A DNA stretch of 64,000 bases. Source: Hormiphora californensis (Eukaryota > Animalia > Ctenophora). The first letter of the stretch is position 1, and each line of letters begins with the position of its first letter. The position numbers and the translations under genes were made by a program. The stretch is taken from contig CM035354.1 of NCBI GenBank assembly GCA_020137815.1, forward strand, positions 62,001 through 126,000, written 5' to 3'. This document shows positions 1 to 34,500 of this stretch, one piece after another. The notes under the pieces were generated by a model. The model made no database searches and was not told the DNA's origin. It saw only the letters and a program-made list of their open reading frames with translations.

Positions 1-1110
1 AAAAACGGGGCACCACTGTCTCACGTGGCAACCTAAAAAAAAAAAAAGGAGCACCACTGCATTATACAACAAACCCAAAAACGGGACACAACTGCATTAT
101 ACGGCAACCCAAAAACGGGGCGCCACTGCACTATACGGCAACCCCAAAAACGGGGCACCACTGCATTATACGGCAACCCAAAAACGGGGCGCTACTGCAC
201 TATACGGCAACCCCAAAAACGGAGCACCACTACATTATACGACAACCCAAAAACGGGGCACCACTGCATTATACGGCAACTCTAAAAACGGGGCACCACT
301 GCATTATACGGCAACCCAAAAAACGGGGCACCACTGCATTAAACGGCTACTCTAAAAACGGGGCACCACTGTCTCACGTGGTAACCTCAAAAAAGGGGCA
401 CCACTGCATTATACAACAACCCCAAAAACGGGGCACCACTGCATTATACGGCAACTCTAAAAACGGGGCACCACTGTCTCACGTGGCAACCTCAAAAAAG
501 GGGCACCACTGCATTATGCAACAAACCCAAAAACGGGGCACAACTGCATTATACGGCAACCCAAAAACGGGGCGCCACTGCACTATACGGCAACCCCAAA
601 AACGGGGCACCACTGCATTATACGGCAACCCAAAAACGGGGCGCCACTGCACTATACGGCAACCCCAAAACGGGGCACCACTGCACTATACGACAACCCA
701 AAAACGGGGCACCACTGCATTAAACGGCAACTCTAAAAACGGGGCACCACTGTCTCACGCGGCAACCTCAAAAAAGGGGCACCACTGCATTATACAACAA
801 CCCCAAAAACGGAGCACCACTGCATTATACGGCAACTCTAAAAACGGGGCACCACTGTCTCACGTGGCAACCTAAAAAAAAAATTAAAAAAAAAGGAGCA
901 CCACTGCATTATACAACAAACCCAAAAACGGGGCACAACTGCATTATACGGCAACCCAAAAACGGGGCGCCACTGCACTATACGGCAACCCCAAAAACGG
1001 GGCACCACTGCATTATACAACAACCCCAAAAACGGAGCACCACTGTCTTATACGAAGCAACCACAATAAACGGGGCCCACTGCAACTATAGGCAACGCAC
1101 CCCAAAAACG
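1..1110. repeat. ~35-36 bp minisatellite (AAAACGGGGCACCACTGCATTATACGGCAACCC) with higher-order structure
   Basis: About 30 tandem variant units are visible. The block at 1-~160 recurs at ~841-1000. ORFs 378-875 and 838-1029 are translations of the repeat. Confidence 0.95.
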
Positions 1111-1961
1111 GGGAACCAGTCTGATTACCAGATACTAAGGTCCCCCCCCAAAAATCGGATGCGCCACGATCTCAACAACACAGTCGCAAGCCAGCATAAA
1201 GTCGTGTGAAACCAACAACGTTGCAACATATGAACGTATCACCATGCAAATCCGCATAGAGTTGGATGTACTCCTTTATGGAACCCTACAACAGGCACTG
1301 CCACCCCTCCTAAAATCATGCAGCAACGACTTCGTCCACCCTGCCTATCACCCAATCGCAAAGTTAGCCATAACAGCATGCGGATGAAACAAACTAGCGA
1401 GAACAGCTACTATTGAACACGCGTATCTTTCCCAAATCACAACGCTCATCCGACTAAACTCCTGGTTTGGACGCTATCTAGATGGAAACCAATGAACAAA
1501 CAGTCAATGGGCCACTCCTGTCAATGAAGTGCATGCGAAACACTCGGTGGGACGACCTCCGCTTACCAACTACAAGGTTTAGCTCAGTGAATGCGGGGGT
1601 GTCAATAGGCGAGACGCTGGGTAGTTGTGGAAAACGGCTATGTTAGGCAACGACCTAGACTGGGAAACCAGGGGTGACTGACAGGCTTGTGTTAGTGCAT
1701 CCGCTGTCGTAGGTAGGATTTATGCAAAAACTATTAAGTGGGATCGCCTGTCGGTCTGCATCTCTAAGGTCATCACTGTCGGAGGGGACAACGGGGAAAC
1801 CCGTTTGAACACTGAAGGCGGTTTTGATCTGGGGGTGTGGGTCGGCGCCCGGGTTGTCGGTGTGTGGGCGCCAAGGGGAGATCCTGCGGAAATAAGGGCT
1901 AGCTGATCCCCAACGTCAGCAGTGTGGATGGAAGTACGGAGGTACATATACACGCACACAC

Positions 1962-2281
1962 ACCAAACAGTGTACACTCAATTATGAGGTGTTTTTGACT
2001 GTTTCTCAGTTCTCTTTGTGTGTTTTGAGTAGTGTTCTCTCTCTTTTTAGTGTGTAATACTTGCAACAAACAACTAAAGCAGGGTATATAACCTATAAAC
2101 TCTTGTCACTGGCACGTTATAGGTTTAAACCCCTCCGCCTCTCCCTCGGCTACGCCTCGGGATCGTCGTCGTTATTTAAACCAGTTTATCCGCCAGTGGC
2201 GGATAAACTACAGCTAGCTTCTCCCAGCGGCGCGCTGGGAGAAAGCTATCTGAAATAACGTGCCACTGGCAAGAGTTTATA
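1962..2281. mobile_element. Palindrome-rich dispersed repeat (non-autonomous element fragment)
   Basis: 1962-2229 is a diverged reverse complement of 58909-59175. Contains a 27-bp inverted repeat (2094-2120 / 2255-2281) and hairpins AGTTTATCCGCC-agt-GGCGGATAAACT and TTCTCCCAGCG-g-CGCGCTGGGAGAA. Confidence 0.8.
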
Positions 2282-2768
2282 CCTCATTTAAACAAAATGC
2301 TTCTCTCTCGAAAAACTTTGTTCCCTGTTCTTCTGGTGGCATTTATAAGACGTAGAATGCTCAAAAAACACAGCAGGGTCATCAAAATAGTTCAAATTTA
2401 ACTCCCACACCGTGAATTGGGGTCCAAGTCGCGAAAGTTCAAAATACAAGTCACGGCACACCGCCGACTTGGCCTTGGGGCGATTTTCTCAATTCTCATG
2501 CCGCCGCCGACGTTTTTGAAATTCAGCGGCGTCCATTGTCTAACTCTAGTAGCTGAATGACTGTTCTGGATCTTAGAATCTCTGCTAACTTAATGAATAC
2601 GGGCTTATACAGGTAACCTATGTCAAGGTTACTGTCATGGTGACTTGTTAAATCTTAAACCTATCTTTCTCTCTTCCTAAAATATACAGTTTACCCAGCA
2701 TATATTAACACAGTAATGCTACACAGTGCATATATGTGATATGAATAACATATTCCACTGCATATTCT

Positions 2769-2914
<146 letters not shown>

Positions 2915-3695
2915 ATAATCCTATAAAAGACCTTATACAAATGTACGTGATGGGTAAAATGGCAACGCAGCCGGACACACTTTTACCGCCCACATGTGGT
3001 CGTGAGTTGAATTCATGTAACGCGCTAGAACATGATCGTGACATGGTACGCGCGAGTGTTTATGATGCGCGCCGTTTTTAACATATCGGTCATCACAATT
3101 GTTACCGCTCAATCTGAATTTATTATCGGAGACCCTGGTGTCGGATCGTTCAATCTGAATCACGTGATGTGATGATCCCACTCCCAGCTGATGATTCCGA
3201 GTAACTCTCTTGTTGTGCCGGACTGAATGGACATTGTACCCACAGGGGGTACCCAAATATCCCATCCATGTCACACACAGTGCAGAGGAAAGGGAGATTG
3301 TCATTCAACTGTTTCGGTACAATAAAAACACAGCGAATCATAGTCTGTGAAAATTCGAGGAGATACAATTACCATAATGTCTCGACACTCCTATATCTCT
3401 CTATACAGAAGAGCACCTCTCTCTCTCTCTGTCTGTGGGGGGGGTTGTAAGAGAGACTGCAGATATCCAAAATAAAGGTATTCAAACCGAGGTAAATAAT
3501 ATCTCATGGTATATCACAATTCCAGCCGTTAATATTATATAAAGATTGTCGTACCTTATACAAGATTAAAGAGAGGATCGTTACAAGGACAATTACTGGT
3601 AGATAAAGGAATTGGGTATATTTGGAATTTAAAATTCAATGTTAAATACTACTTGACAGTCCCTGGATAATATGATGATTCACACCTGTCATTAA

Positions 3696-3862
3696 CAGGG
3701 GTGGATCCATCATATTGGCCACCCTAGTGGATGACATGGTGCAACACGACGTCCAAAACACGCCAAACATTATTAGTGGACTGTGTTTTGGGCGTCTTGC
3801 ACCACGCGGTATACCGTGGGCGGCGCTGTGGGCGGGTGGTCAATATGACGGAGCACCACCGT
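3696..3862. mobile_element. Degenerate MITE-like element
   Basis: Imperfect ~28-bp inverted termini CAGGGGTGGATCCATCATATTGGCCACC / GGTGGTCAATATGACGGAGCACCACCG. No clear TSD. Confidence 0.4.
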
Positions 3863-3864
3863 TA

Positions 3865-3899
<35 letters not shown>

Positions 3900-4362
3900 C
3901 TTTATCTCCGAATTGTCTAAAACATCTATAATACACCAATTTAAATATCTTCCGATTTAAATATTTTCCAAGCTTAATACCAAAACAACACGATCAAGAG
4001 ATATCTCACTGCTCACTGGGGGGCGTTTAAATTAACATACTATATCTTCATCTGAAACATTAAAGATTCAATATCAATATGTTAAAGATTCGGAGAGATG
4101 TTTCAATATAACTAAATTCCTTTTATATACAGAATATAGTGCAGAGTACTAGTAGGGGCGGGTTAAAGCTAAACAGTAGAACTTATTATCGGGGCACACA
4201 GGGGCATTGTATGTATAAGTTATATATAATATGTATATAAAGTAGGCAAGCACCTACCGATATATTAGTAAGAGACACTGGTCCTGCAATTACAGGCATG
4301 ACACGTGTCCCTCACTACTAATTATATATTTGTTGTTAAAAGATATGATGATGGGGGAGGAC

Positions 4363-4464
4363 TAGGAACCGGTGATTCTTCTCGATTTCTTCAAAATCGA
4401 GATTTCGATCCTTAGTTATTACCTAGTGATCGAATCGAGATCGAACAAGAATCGCCGGTTCCTA
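4363..4464. mobile_element. 102-bp hAT-type MITE
   Basis: TIRs TAGGAACCGGTGATTCTT / AAGAATCGCCGGTTCCTA. Perfect 8-bp TSD GGGAGGAC at 4355-4362 and 4465-4472. An 8-bp TSD with TAG termini is typical of hAT. Confidence 0.85.
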
Positions 4465-4760
4465 GGGAGGACACCCCCCACCACATGATAAGGGGGGGTT
4501 GAGGGCGACACCCCCCCCCCCCACATCATAATGGGGGTTGCAGTGGGCGTCTAGTTTAAAACCATACAAATCACAGTGGTTACAGATGTGTATAAATACA
4601 TGGTACATTCAAATTAAAAATGGTTCAATCTCTAGATATATATCTCTCTCGCACACGTAACACTACTACACTCTTTCTCACACACACAGGGGATCAGATA
4701 GCACTCTGTAGATGGATAGACAGGATCAGTTAGCAAGCCATTCTGTAGATAGATAGGGGT

Positions 4761-25322
<20,562 letters not shown>

Positions 25323-25536
25323 GCCACAGGGGGAGGCAAAATGTCGTGAAAGGGTAGTGGTCAACTAACCCCACGCTATCATTCGTATCATGGCTAAAAT
25401 ATCGATTATTGTCATTATTAATTCTATGTAACTTACACAGTTTAATTGTATAAATCATGGCTTAAAATTGGGTTCCAACTTACAAAACGTAATAAATTAA
25501 CACACAGTGTATTAGAAACATTATTAACTCGATATA

Positions 25537-26508
25537 TTAAGCAGGGTTTGTCTCTCTCAGCAGTTTAGTATTTTCACCCTCTCGGTGGATAACTGGTTTC
25601 TGTACAAGTTGGAATGGATCAGTGAAGCCCTTATTCCGGACACCCCTTGTCCAGTACCAGTACTGGCTGCGGGCCATAGTTTCCTTCTTCTCGTCATATC
25701 CGGCCCTTTTAAAGTTACCGTGCATTCCACGACCGGAGTCGTCATACCTATTCAAATCCCAAAACGCTTTAACAAACATCTGCTCATAAACCCTTTTGGT
25801 GATGGGCGTTGTTTTCCTTGACCCCAACTTTTTAACAATGTCCTGGTACTGCCCCTCCGTTATCAGACCTTTCTCTCTGTTTCGCCGGTCTTCGCTCAGC
25901 ACTTTCTCATAATCCGTCCTGTTTCGTTCCTTTGCATAATCAGAAACAAGGTCCATCGGAATTTGACGTTGTGTTGGCTGTTTGAAAGTTTTATTGGAGT
26001 TCAAAACGGGGCCTATTGCAGCCTTTTTTGCACCTGGAATCACTTCCTGAAGGTACTGGTTTTGGGCGGCAGTTGCGTATACACGGGGGTGGACTGGGAA
26101 TACTCCGCTTGCACCTAACAACTTCCAAACAGGTATGGTAGGTTCGGCACCATCAGCGATATACTGACGGATCTTGGAGATATCTAGCAAACAGATTCGA
26201 GTGCCTTTCTCATTTACACAGTCGTCGAAAAACCCAACTTCTTCGATCACAGATGATTCCCGTTCATCGTCCAGTTTTGTTCTCTGTCCAGGACCGTGAC
26301 AGGCAACAATTTTGTAGCCTAGAAAATGACGGAAATTGAGTTAGCGATTAACACATGATACGGTTATGGAAAATGAGATCGAGTTGTTCCAAATACCTGG
26401 GCGATGGCGGCAAGTAGGACGGACCAAACGGAGTGTAACCTGGTTCAGAAGGTCTCCAGTTTTAGTGCTGATAAACACATCACGCCATTTACTCGGTGGG
26501 ACCCTCAT
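25537..26508 (-). CDS. MRPS16: Mitochondrial ribosomal protein bS16m with long C-terminal extension (2 exons: 26508-26397 and 26318-25537; 297 aa)
   Basis: The spliced protein VTLRLVRPTCRHRPGYKIVACH...IEEVGFFDDCVNEKGTRICLLDISKIRQYIADGAEPTIPVWKLLGASGVFPVHP matches the bS16m pattern (IRL..G..NRPFYRIVAAH...VEQLGSYDP..N..GEKLV.LN.DRIRHWIG.GA...KLLGLAGFFPLHP). The GT-AG intron keeps the frame. Confidence 0.88.
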
Positions 26509-27278
26509 TTTATTACACAAAGACAATAAACGGGTGCTCGAGAAACGTTCAAAAATTTCGACAAAAAACGTGTCCCAAAAAAGTTTGAACATCGGAAAGT
26601 TTTCTGAACGCGCACCTCGGCAAACACAATACCGCGCGTTTGTTTTTTGCGCGTGCTGTTGAACCTATTGCTGACACTAAAAACTTGCTGCGCGTCAATT
26701 GCCCGCGCGTTCCACCAAGTTGGAGATTGGAGATTCGATTATATCGAGGGAGGGGGTAATGTTTGAAACCGTAGGACATGAGATCCGAAACGTGCTTCAA
26801 CTCGACCATACACACACATTCCCCAATTATGATCCTTCCCATGCATGCCCTTACTTCTACACTACAATTTGAATGAAGACATGGATAGAGAACCTGTATT
26901 ACGAGGCATCAGGCATCAGTACACTGACAGCTGCAGTAGGAACCAAGATGAGAGAGAGAGAGAGCTTTCTAAAAGTTTACAACTCTTCATTATCTGTACA
27001 GTGTAGTAGCCATAGTTACCAGAGGAAAGCAGTTCACTTCCGGTACACTGACCGGCAATTGGATGCTGTAAGGTGCCCATTAGGTACAAGCAGACCACTC
27101 CTAGGTAAAATTGTGAAAGAATTTGAAACTTAGAACTCAGTACACAGACACACAGAAATATTCACACACACAAACATCAAATTTCAACTCAAGTATATTA
27201 CACACACTGATATATTCGAAACGAAATTAATTGTTCTGAAGGAGCAAGGAACAAGTGCTCAGAGTGAGCCCTAAATGT

Positions 27279-28482
27279 TCATTTGATAGATAGAAGTGTT
27301 CGTTGTCTAGAGACGGGGGCCTCCTCACTTCGCACCACCCTCATTATTGACTTGATGGTCCTTTGTTCCTGAGACAGTGACAGTTGCTGCAGTAGGTTCT
27401 TGTGGGTAGCACTCAACATGCCACACCCTATCCACTCTTCATAATCCTGGTGAGAGGGAGGGGTTACTGGGGGGTGAGGGTGGGGGTGGGGGTGGAGGGT
27501 GGTTGGGGGGGTGGAGGGTGGGGTAGCACTCAACATGCCACACCCTATCCACTCTTCATAATCCTGGTGAGACGTAATGAGTGAGTTGTCAGTGGGGGGG
27601 GGGGTCATACAGGGTATATTGTAGATACCAACCTTTATCATTGTAACATTGCTCCACATAATTTTAGAGTGAATCATTTCTTGTAGTTTGTTGCTATGGC
27701 ACCAAATCACCATATCCACTTGGTTACCAATGTCCCTCACCTCACCCCCCCCCCCCTCACCCCCCTCACCCCCTCACCTCCCCCCTCCCCCTATCCCCCT
27801 CACCTCCCCCTCCCCCACCCTCTATAATACCTCACCCCCCCCCCTATGATATCTCACCTCTATCATCTGGAAAGGACTGAACATGGTTTTGTTTTGGTGG
27901 TTCACATTGGCCCCTGCCTCTATTAACAGTTGTGCAGCATGGAAGTTGTTACACCTCACAGCAGCAAAAAGAGGCGTCTCTCCATCCTCATTTTGTCCCT
28001 CAACATCTGCCCCACTCTCAAGAAGAAGTGTCAGCACTTCGCTGAACTTGGGATCCCGTGAAGCGTAGTGGAGTGGCTGTGCGAGGGAAAGAGACAGTTA
28101 ATTACCACGCTAGTAACACAGTAATTCACTAGTGCAGTGGCCACTGGCCACTACGGTCACATGGACGGTTAATTGTAGCCAGGTATTTCACGACGCAGAC
28201 CGATTGGCATTTTGGTACCTGGTTTCCTGATTTCGGGTTTCTGAAACAGGGATCCGTCCCGAGATTCAATAAGAATGTCACCGTTTCCTGAGGGTTTGTG
28301 TGGGACACTCTCTGGGCCAGTACATTTTCCAGAATCTTCTCTCCTTCCCCGGTTTTGAAGGCAAAACCATTCTTTAACAGCCACTCAGAACATCTGAAAA
28401 TGAGATTTAAAATTTAGTAGGTAAAAAGGAACCGATCAGTGTTGCATATGATTCAGAAAGGACTACAATAAATATCTACTCA

Positions 28483-28553
<71 letters not shown>

Positions 28554-31500
28554 GTTTGTATGCACTGAACGGAGCGATGCTTGTTGTAATATTCACCACT
28601 CGAAACTGCATATGACTCGGCTAGTTACAAGTGAACGCAGCTGATCAGGAGGGATCGAGATTCGAGAAGGAGAGATAGAGAAGGAAGGGGGGAGAGAGAG
28701 AGTTATACACGTACCGCTTAGTACATTGGGAATCATGCACATGTCATTGCCCTCATTGTAAAACAAGGGCTCTTATTTACTAAGCTTAAAGCTACCTACT
28801 TCCAATAGCCCGCCTCCGTAGATAGCCGCAACATTGAGACGACATTGGTAGATTCCTTCTCTAGCTCAGCCCTCAGCTGATCGCCTCCCACACTGAGAAT
28901 CAACTTGATGTAATCAGCTCTACCTGCAAAGAAGACATGTGTTAGGGTAAGGGCGGGTGGGGCGGCGGGTGGGTGGGGTGGAGGTGGGACACTGAATCTC
29001 CCACACTGAGAATCAACTTGATGTAATCTGCTCTACCTGCAAACAAGACATGTGTTAGGGTAAGGGCGGGTGGGGTGGGGTGGGATGGGGTGGGGCGGGG
29101 TGGACACTGAATCTCCCACACTGAGAATCAACTTGATGTAATCTGCTCTACCTGCAAACAAGACATGTGTTAGGGTAAGGGCGGTTGGGGTGGGGTGGGG
29201 TGGGGTGGGGTGGGGCGGGGTGGACACTGAATCTCCCACACTGAGAATCAACTTGATGTAATCTGCTCTACCTGCAAACAAGACATGTGTTAGGGTAAGG
29301 GCGGGTGGGGTGGGGTGGGACACTGAATCTCCCACACTGAGAATCAATTTGATGTAATCAGCTCTACCTGCAAACATGTGTTAGGGTAAGGGCGGGTGGG
29401 GCGGGTGGGGTGGGGTGGAGGGTGGGACACTGAATCTCCCACACTGAGAATCAACTTGATGTAATCTGCTCTACCTGCAAACATGTGTTAGGGTAAGGGC
29501 GGGTGGGGCGGGTGGGGTGGGGTGGAGGGTGGGACACTGAATCTCCCACACTGAGAATCAACTTGATGTAATCTGCTCTACCTGAAGGCATATGTTCAAG
29601 CTCCTATACTTTTCATATCTTCATCACATATCCCTCTCTTTCTCCCAGTGAGATGTATCAATCAGCTGACCTTACCTTGAAGGGCACAGCAGTGCACTGG
29701 CAGTAGTCCCTTTACATTTCCACCCACCCCACCCACCTCCCCCACCCCACCCACCCCACCCACCCCAATATTATTACCTTGAAGAGCACAGCAGTGCACT
29801 GGCAGTAGTCCCTTTACATTTCCACCCACCCCACCACCCCACCTCCCCCACCCCACCCACCCCACCCACCCCAATATTATTACCTTGAAGAGCACAGCAG
29901 TGCACTGGCAGTAGTCCCTTTACATTTCCACCCACCCCGCCACCCCACCCCACCCACCTCCCCCACCCCACCCACCCCACCCACCCACCCACCCCAATAT
30001 TATTACCTTGAAGAGCACAGCAGTGCACTGGCAGTAGTCCCTTTACATTTCCACCCACCCCACCCCACCCACCTCCCCCACCCCACCCACCTCCCCCACC
30101 CCACCCACCCCAATATTATTACCTTGAAGAGCACAGCAGTGCACTGGCAGTAGTCCCTTTACATTTCCACCCACCCCGCCACCCCACCCCACCCACCTCC
30201 CCCACCCCACCCACCCCACCCCACCCACCCCAATATTATTACCTTGAAGAGCACAGCAGTGCACTGGCAGTAGTCCCTGGCCCTTTACATTTCCACCCAC
30301 CCCACCCACCTCCCCCACCCCACCCCACCCCACCCACCCCAATATTATTACCTTGAAGAGCACAGCAATGTACTGGCAGTAGTCCCTTTACATTTCTCTG
30401 TGTTACTGATGCCCCGTTCTCCAGGAGCAACTCCCCAACATCTAACTGAATTGGCTGTCTTAGTGTTAGTCGATAAACCAGGCGTGCTCGTGAGACATGT
30501 GTGTGAACTGTGAAATCATATTGGCCCGACTCTTACCTGGTCATCTCCCTGGACGCTCTGTCCCAGACAGAGGGCATGAAGGGGTGTGTTACCCTCCACA
30601 TCTTTCCTAGTCACATCAGCACGGGCCTCAAGGAGGAGGGCAGCGGTTGGGAGATCGTGGGCGTAGTGCAGTGCCGTCCTACCTAGATTATCCAATACAT
30701 CAACAGCCAACCTGTATAATAGAGATTAGAGGGTTGTGTTGGGTGTGGGATGTATTGCAGTGAGCTAGTGCCATCTTCTGTACCCTTGTACTAACTGGGA
30801 GGGGTTGTGGAGGGAAAATGAGGGACCATAGAACATGTTCTAGTACTAACATGCTGAGCTATATTGGTGTACCAGGAAGTTGATAAAGCAATACAACTAA
30901 ACATATTGCACCCCCCACATTACTATTAATAAGGGACCAACTTAACAACACACACCTGTACTCACACAACTAGAGTACATAAGGGCTGGTGGCAACTACT
31001 AAATTACAGTCGGACCCCAAATTTTTAGGGTTTTGACTGTCGGTGAGAGAAGTGAGGGGGGAACCTGGCCAAAAGTGGGGGCCGCCCCCCCCCCCCCTCG
31101 CCCCCTCCTACACCCCTGTTCCTACCTGTGTTCCATTAATGTCTCCATGACAGGGACAAGGCCCAGTTTAGCTGCATGATGTAACAATGTCATACCACCC
31201 ACAACCCGGGACCGCAGGGAGGCAAAGGGTCGCTTGTTGTGGTGATGATTATTGACTGCCTCAACTAGCAGCTCCCCCTCCCCACTCGCTAGGGTCATGG
31301 AGAGCGCCTTGATTTGCTCGTATTTTATCAAGAGGAACTCCTGGAAGAAAAAAATGATGGTATAGAAGCGGTATAATAGAAGTTATAGAAGCGTATCTGC
31401 ATCCTAAAACAGTGCTTACAAAGCCAAATCTAAAGTTTGGAAATGGAAAATAATTGATGATGGCCTAATACCTTGATGGCGTCATTGCGAGATAACCTCA

Positions 31501-34500
31501 GTACATCCTGGTTGTTGATATTCCTTTGGTAGATGTCAGCTCCCCACTCAATTAGTAAACTACACATCTGTCTGTCCAGCGCCTCAACCTGTTATAGGGT
31601 ATTATCTGGTAGTCACACCTCTCATTACCCTGTATCTACTGAATCTACTGAATTAGAATATATTGGCCTACTATATATCTAGAGTCTATACTATATCTAG
31701 AGTCTATACCTAGATTCTATATCTAGATTCTATACTATATCTAGATTCTGGACACATACCGCAAGGAAGAGAGGTGACTGTAGGATTTTGTTCTGAATGT
31801 TCACGTCACCACCCGACTCCAGAAGGAAGAGGGCAATCTTGAAATTAGCTCCCTTCACGGCAAAATGCAGCGAGGTATTACCTGGAAGCAGTACACATTT
31901 GAAAATAAACAAGGAAATCAATCAATTTCCACATTTGATTTAATTTCCTTGTTTCCACATTTGAAGGGACAACAATTGAAACCCCCCCCCCCCCCATCAG
32001 GACACCCATCATCTTATCCTCTGCTTTAACTAAACAACTTTCATTAATTCATTATTCCTAACCTGTATCTCTATAGGTGGCATTGACGAAAGAGTGGTCG
32101 GATTTGTAGAACTTGATCAACTTTACAACCGTGTCCAACTGGCCATCCTTCACTGCCTTGAACAAGGCCCTCTCACACTGCGTCGAGGATCCCGGAAAAA
32201 CCTAAAATAATGCGGGTTTATCTTCAGATCTAACATGGCGGAAAGATTATTTTGAAGCAGCAGGGTCTCTGTTCTAAAACACAGTCTAGATATAGGCAAT
32301 ACCTGGTATAGTATTTTGGAGCCCGCCTTTAGCAGTTTATTCCGGGACGGACTCTCATAGTAAATTATATATTTGTCCTCGTAGTTCTCACTTTTTAACT
32401 GAAATGTATATTTTATTAATTTAATGAATTAGAATAATTTGACCTATTATATACTAATACAACACTGGAGTTATTGTACAACATGAATTTGATAACTGAA
32501 TCACAAAATCTCGTAGTCGTTCATTGTTCATATATGTATTCTTGAAATGTGAAACAATTTAATTTAAACAATTTGATTTAAAAGAATTACCTCAATTATT
32601 TCTCGTGTTGGAATATTTAAAATTTGTCGGACAGTTTGTGTTGAATTTTCAGCTCCCGAGAAATCATCAATGAACTCGTTACTTTTAATGTCGAACAGCA
32701 CCAGCTTCCTTTCAGGGGAGACTACCTCCTTGCAGTTACTGGTGTAGAATGCCACTCCTGGAGATGAAGTAGTGGAGATATTATTTTAATAGTTGATAGA
32801 AGTTTATGGACAACTGAGACAATTATTTTATTCCAGGAAATAAATAAATCACACGACGGTTTCGTCGAACATCGACATCATCAGGCTGCTAAAAATAAGG
32901 TCACATTAATTAATGTCTAATATCTAAAATACACGAAATAGGAACTATACAATATATACATCACACGCAAACTAGGAATCAGAAAATCAGATACTGTATC
33001 AGATAATAAATTGTTCGATCTTTTCTCCCTTTTCTCGTTTGTTAATGCTAGGTTTAAGAGATTTGATTAGGATCGCCTCCGTGACTTTTCGTCTGACTGG
33101 CTGGTCCAAGCCAGTTGCCAATATGTCAAACTCTAAATCAGGGGGTTCTCCATTGTGTTGTGATTGGTAGTGTGCTGCAAGTGCTTCGTTAGGGTAGATA
33201 TTGGGCGATTTCGCTGCCAATCTGTGCTCCTTGAAACGCTCACGGCACGGTCTAGCCGTCTCACCCACATATATTTCATTACATAATTTACACACTATCT
33301 TGTATACCACTCCCTTGACAGTACAATCCAAAGTGGGATGGGTCATGAGGGGGCATACAAGACAGTTAGTAATATGACAGTGTGTTCTGTCGTGCGGTCT
33401 CGATTTGCAAAACAGGTTTCTCAACTTGGTACCTGGTGTAAACACAACTCGGATGGGAAGAGTGTGTGACCGTATGAATGAAATTACAAACTCAGAAAAT
33501 GATTCACTAATATAGGGAAGTTTAAGTATCGTGGAGTGCTCACGAGATGTGGAAATCGACATAAGGCGGCGCTCGGAAATTTGTCTAGGATCTGGGTACC
33601 CGTTATTCATCAACAGCTTATCAACCATACCCATCGAGTGCTCCTCGTGGGTAGCATTCGATGAGCAGGTAGCAGCTGTTCGGTAGAAGTTCTTGATAGT
33701 ATTAATCTTCACACCTTCAGGGTGATGACTCTTTGAATGTAGGGTTATGGGTTTCTTCTGAGGTTTACGATAATATCGGTGTTCTACAATACCCTCATCA
33801 GATACCCGCAACTCTGCATCCAAAAACGGTACCCAATCTCCCTTCTCCGGGTAATCTACTTCCCACTGTAGGAGCTGATCGGGGTCCTCCTTAGCAATAC
33901 CTGCCACCAATTCTCTCGCTTCCACCTCAGATTTTGCAAACGAAGCAGTATCGTCTACATATCTTCCGTAGAATGTGAGACGGAGGTCAGTGTATATACT
34001 AGCTCTCTCAAACATATACACACGAATGATTGCTGCTAGGGGCGAGGGTTTCGATCCCATGAACAGACCGACAAGTTGTTTATACAGCTTGTTGTCGTAC
34101 ACGAAATACGAATTCTCAAGTATGTGGGTGAGACGGCTAGACCGTGCCGTGAGCGTTTCAAGGAGCACAGATTGGCAGCGAAATCGCCCAATATCTACCC
34201 TAACGAAGCACTTGCAGCACACTACCAATCACAACACAATGGAGAACCCCCTGATTTAGAGTTTGACATATTGGCAACTGGCTTGGACCAGCCAGTCAGA
34301 CGAAAAGTCACGGAGGCGATCCTAATCAAATCTCTTAAACCTAGCATTAACAAACGAGAAGAGGGAGAAAAGATCGAACAATTTATTATCTGATACAGTA
34401 TCTGATTTTCTGATTCCTAGTTTGCGTGTGATGTATATATTGTATAGTTCCTATTTCGTGTATTTTAGATATTAGACATTAATTAATGTGACCTTATTTT

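Noticed and set aside
378-1029. ORFs in the 5' minisatellite
   Set aside because: Repeat translations only.
28884-30396. CRISPR-like repeat/spacer appearance (also 57708-58700 and 38664-39102)
   Set aside because: The repeats are copies of host exon edges and the spacers are related low-complexity tracts. No cas genes, and the context is eukaryotic.
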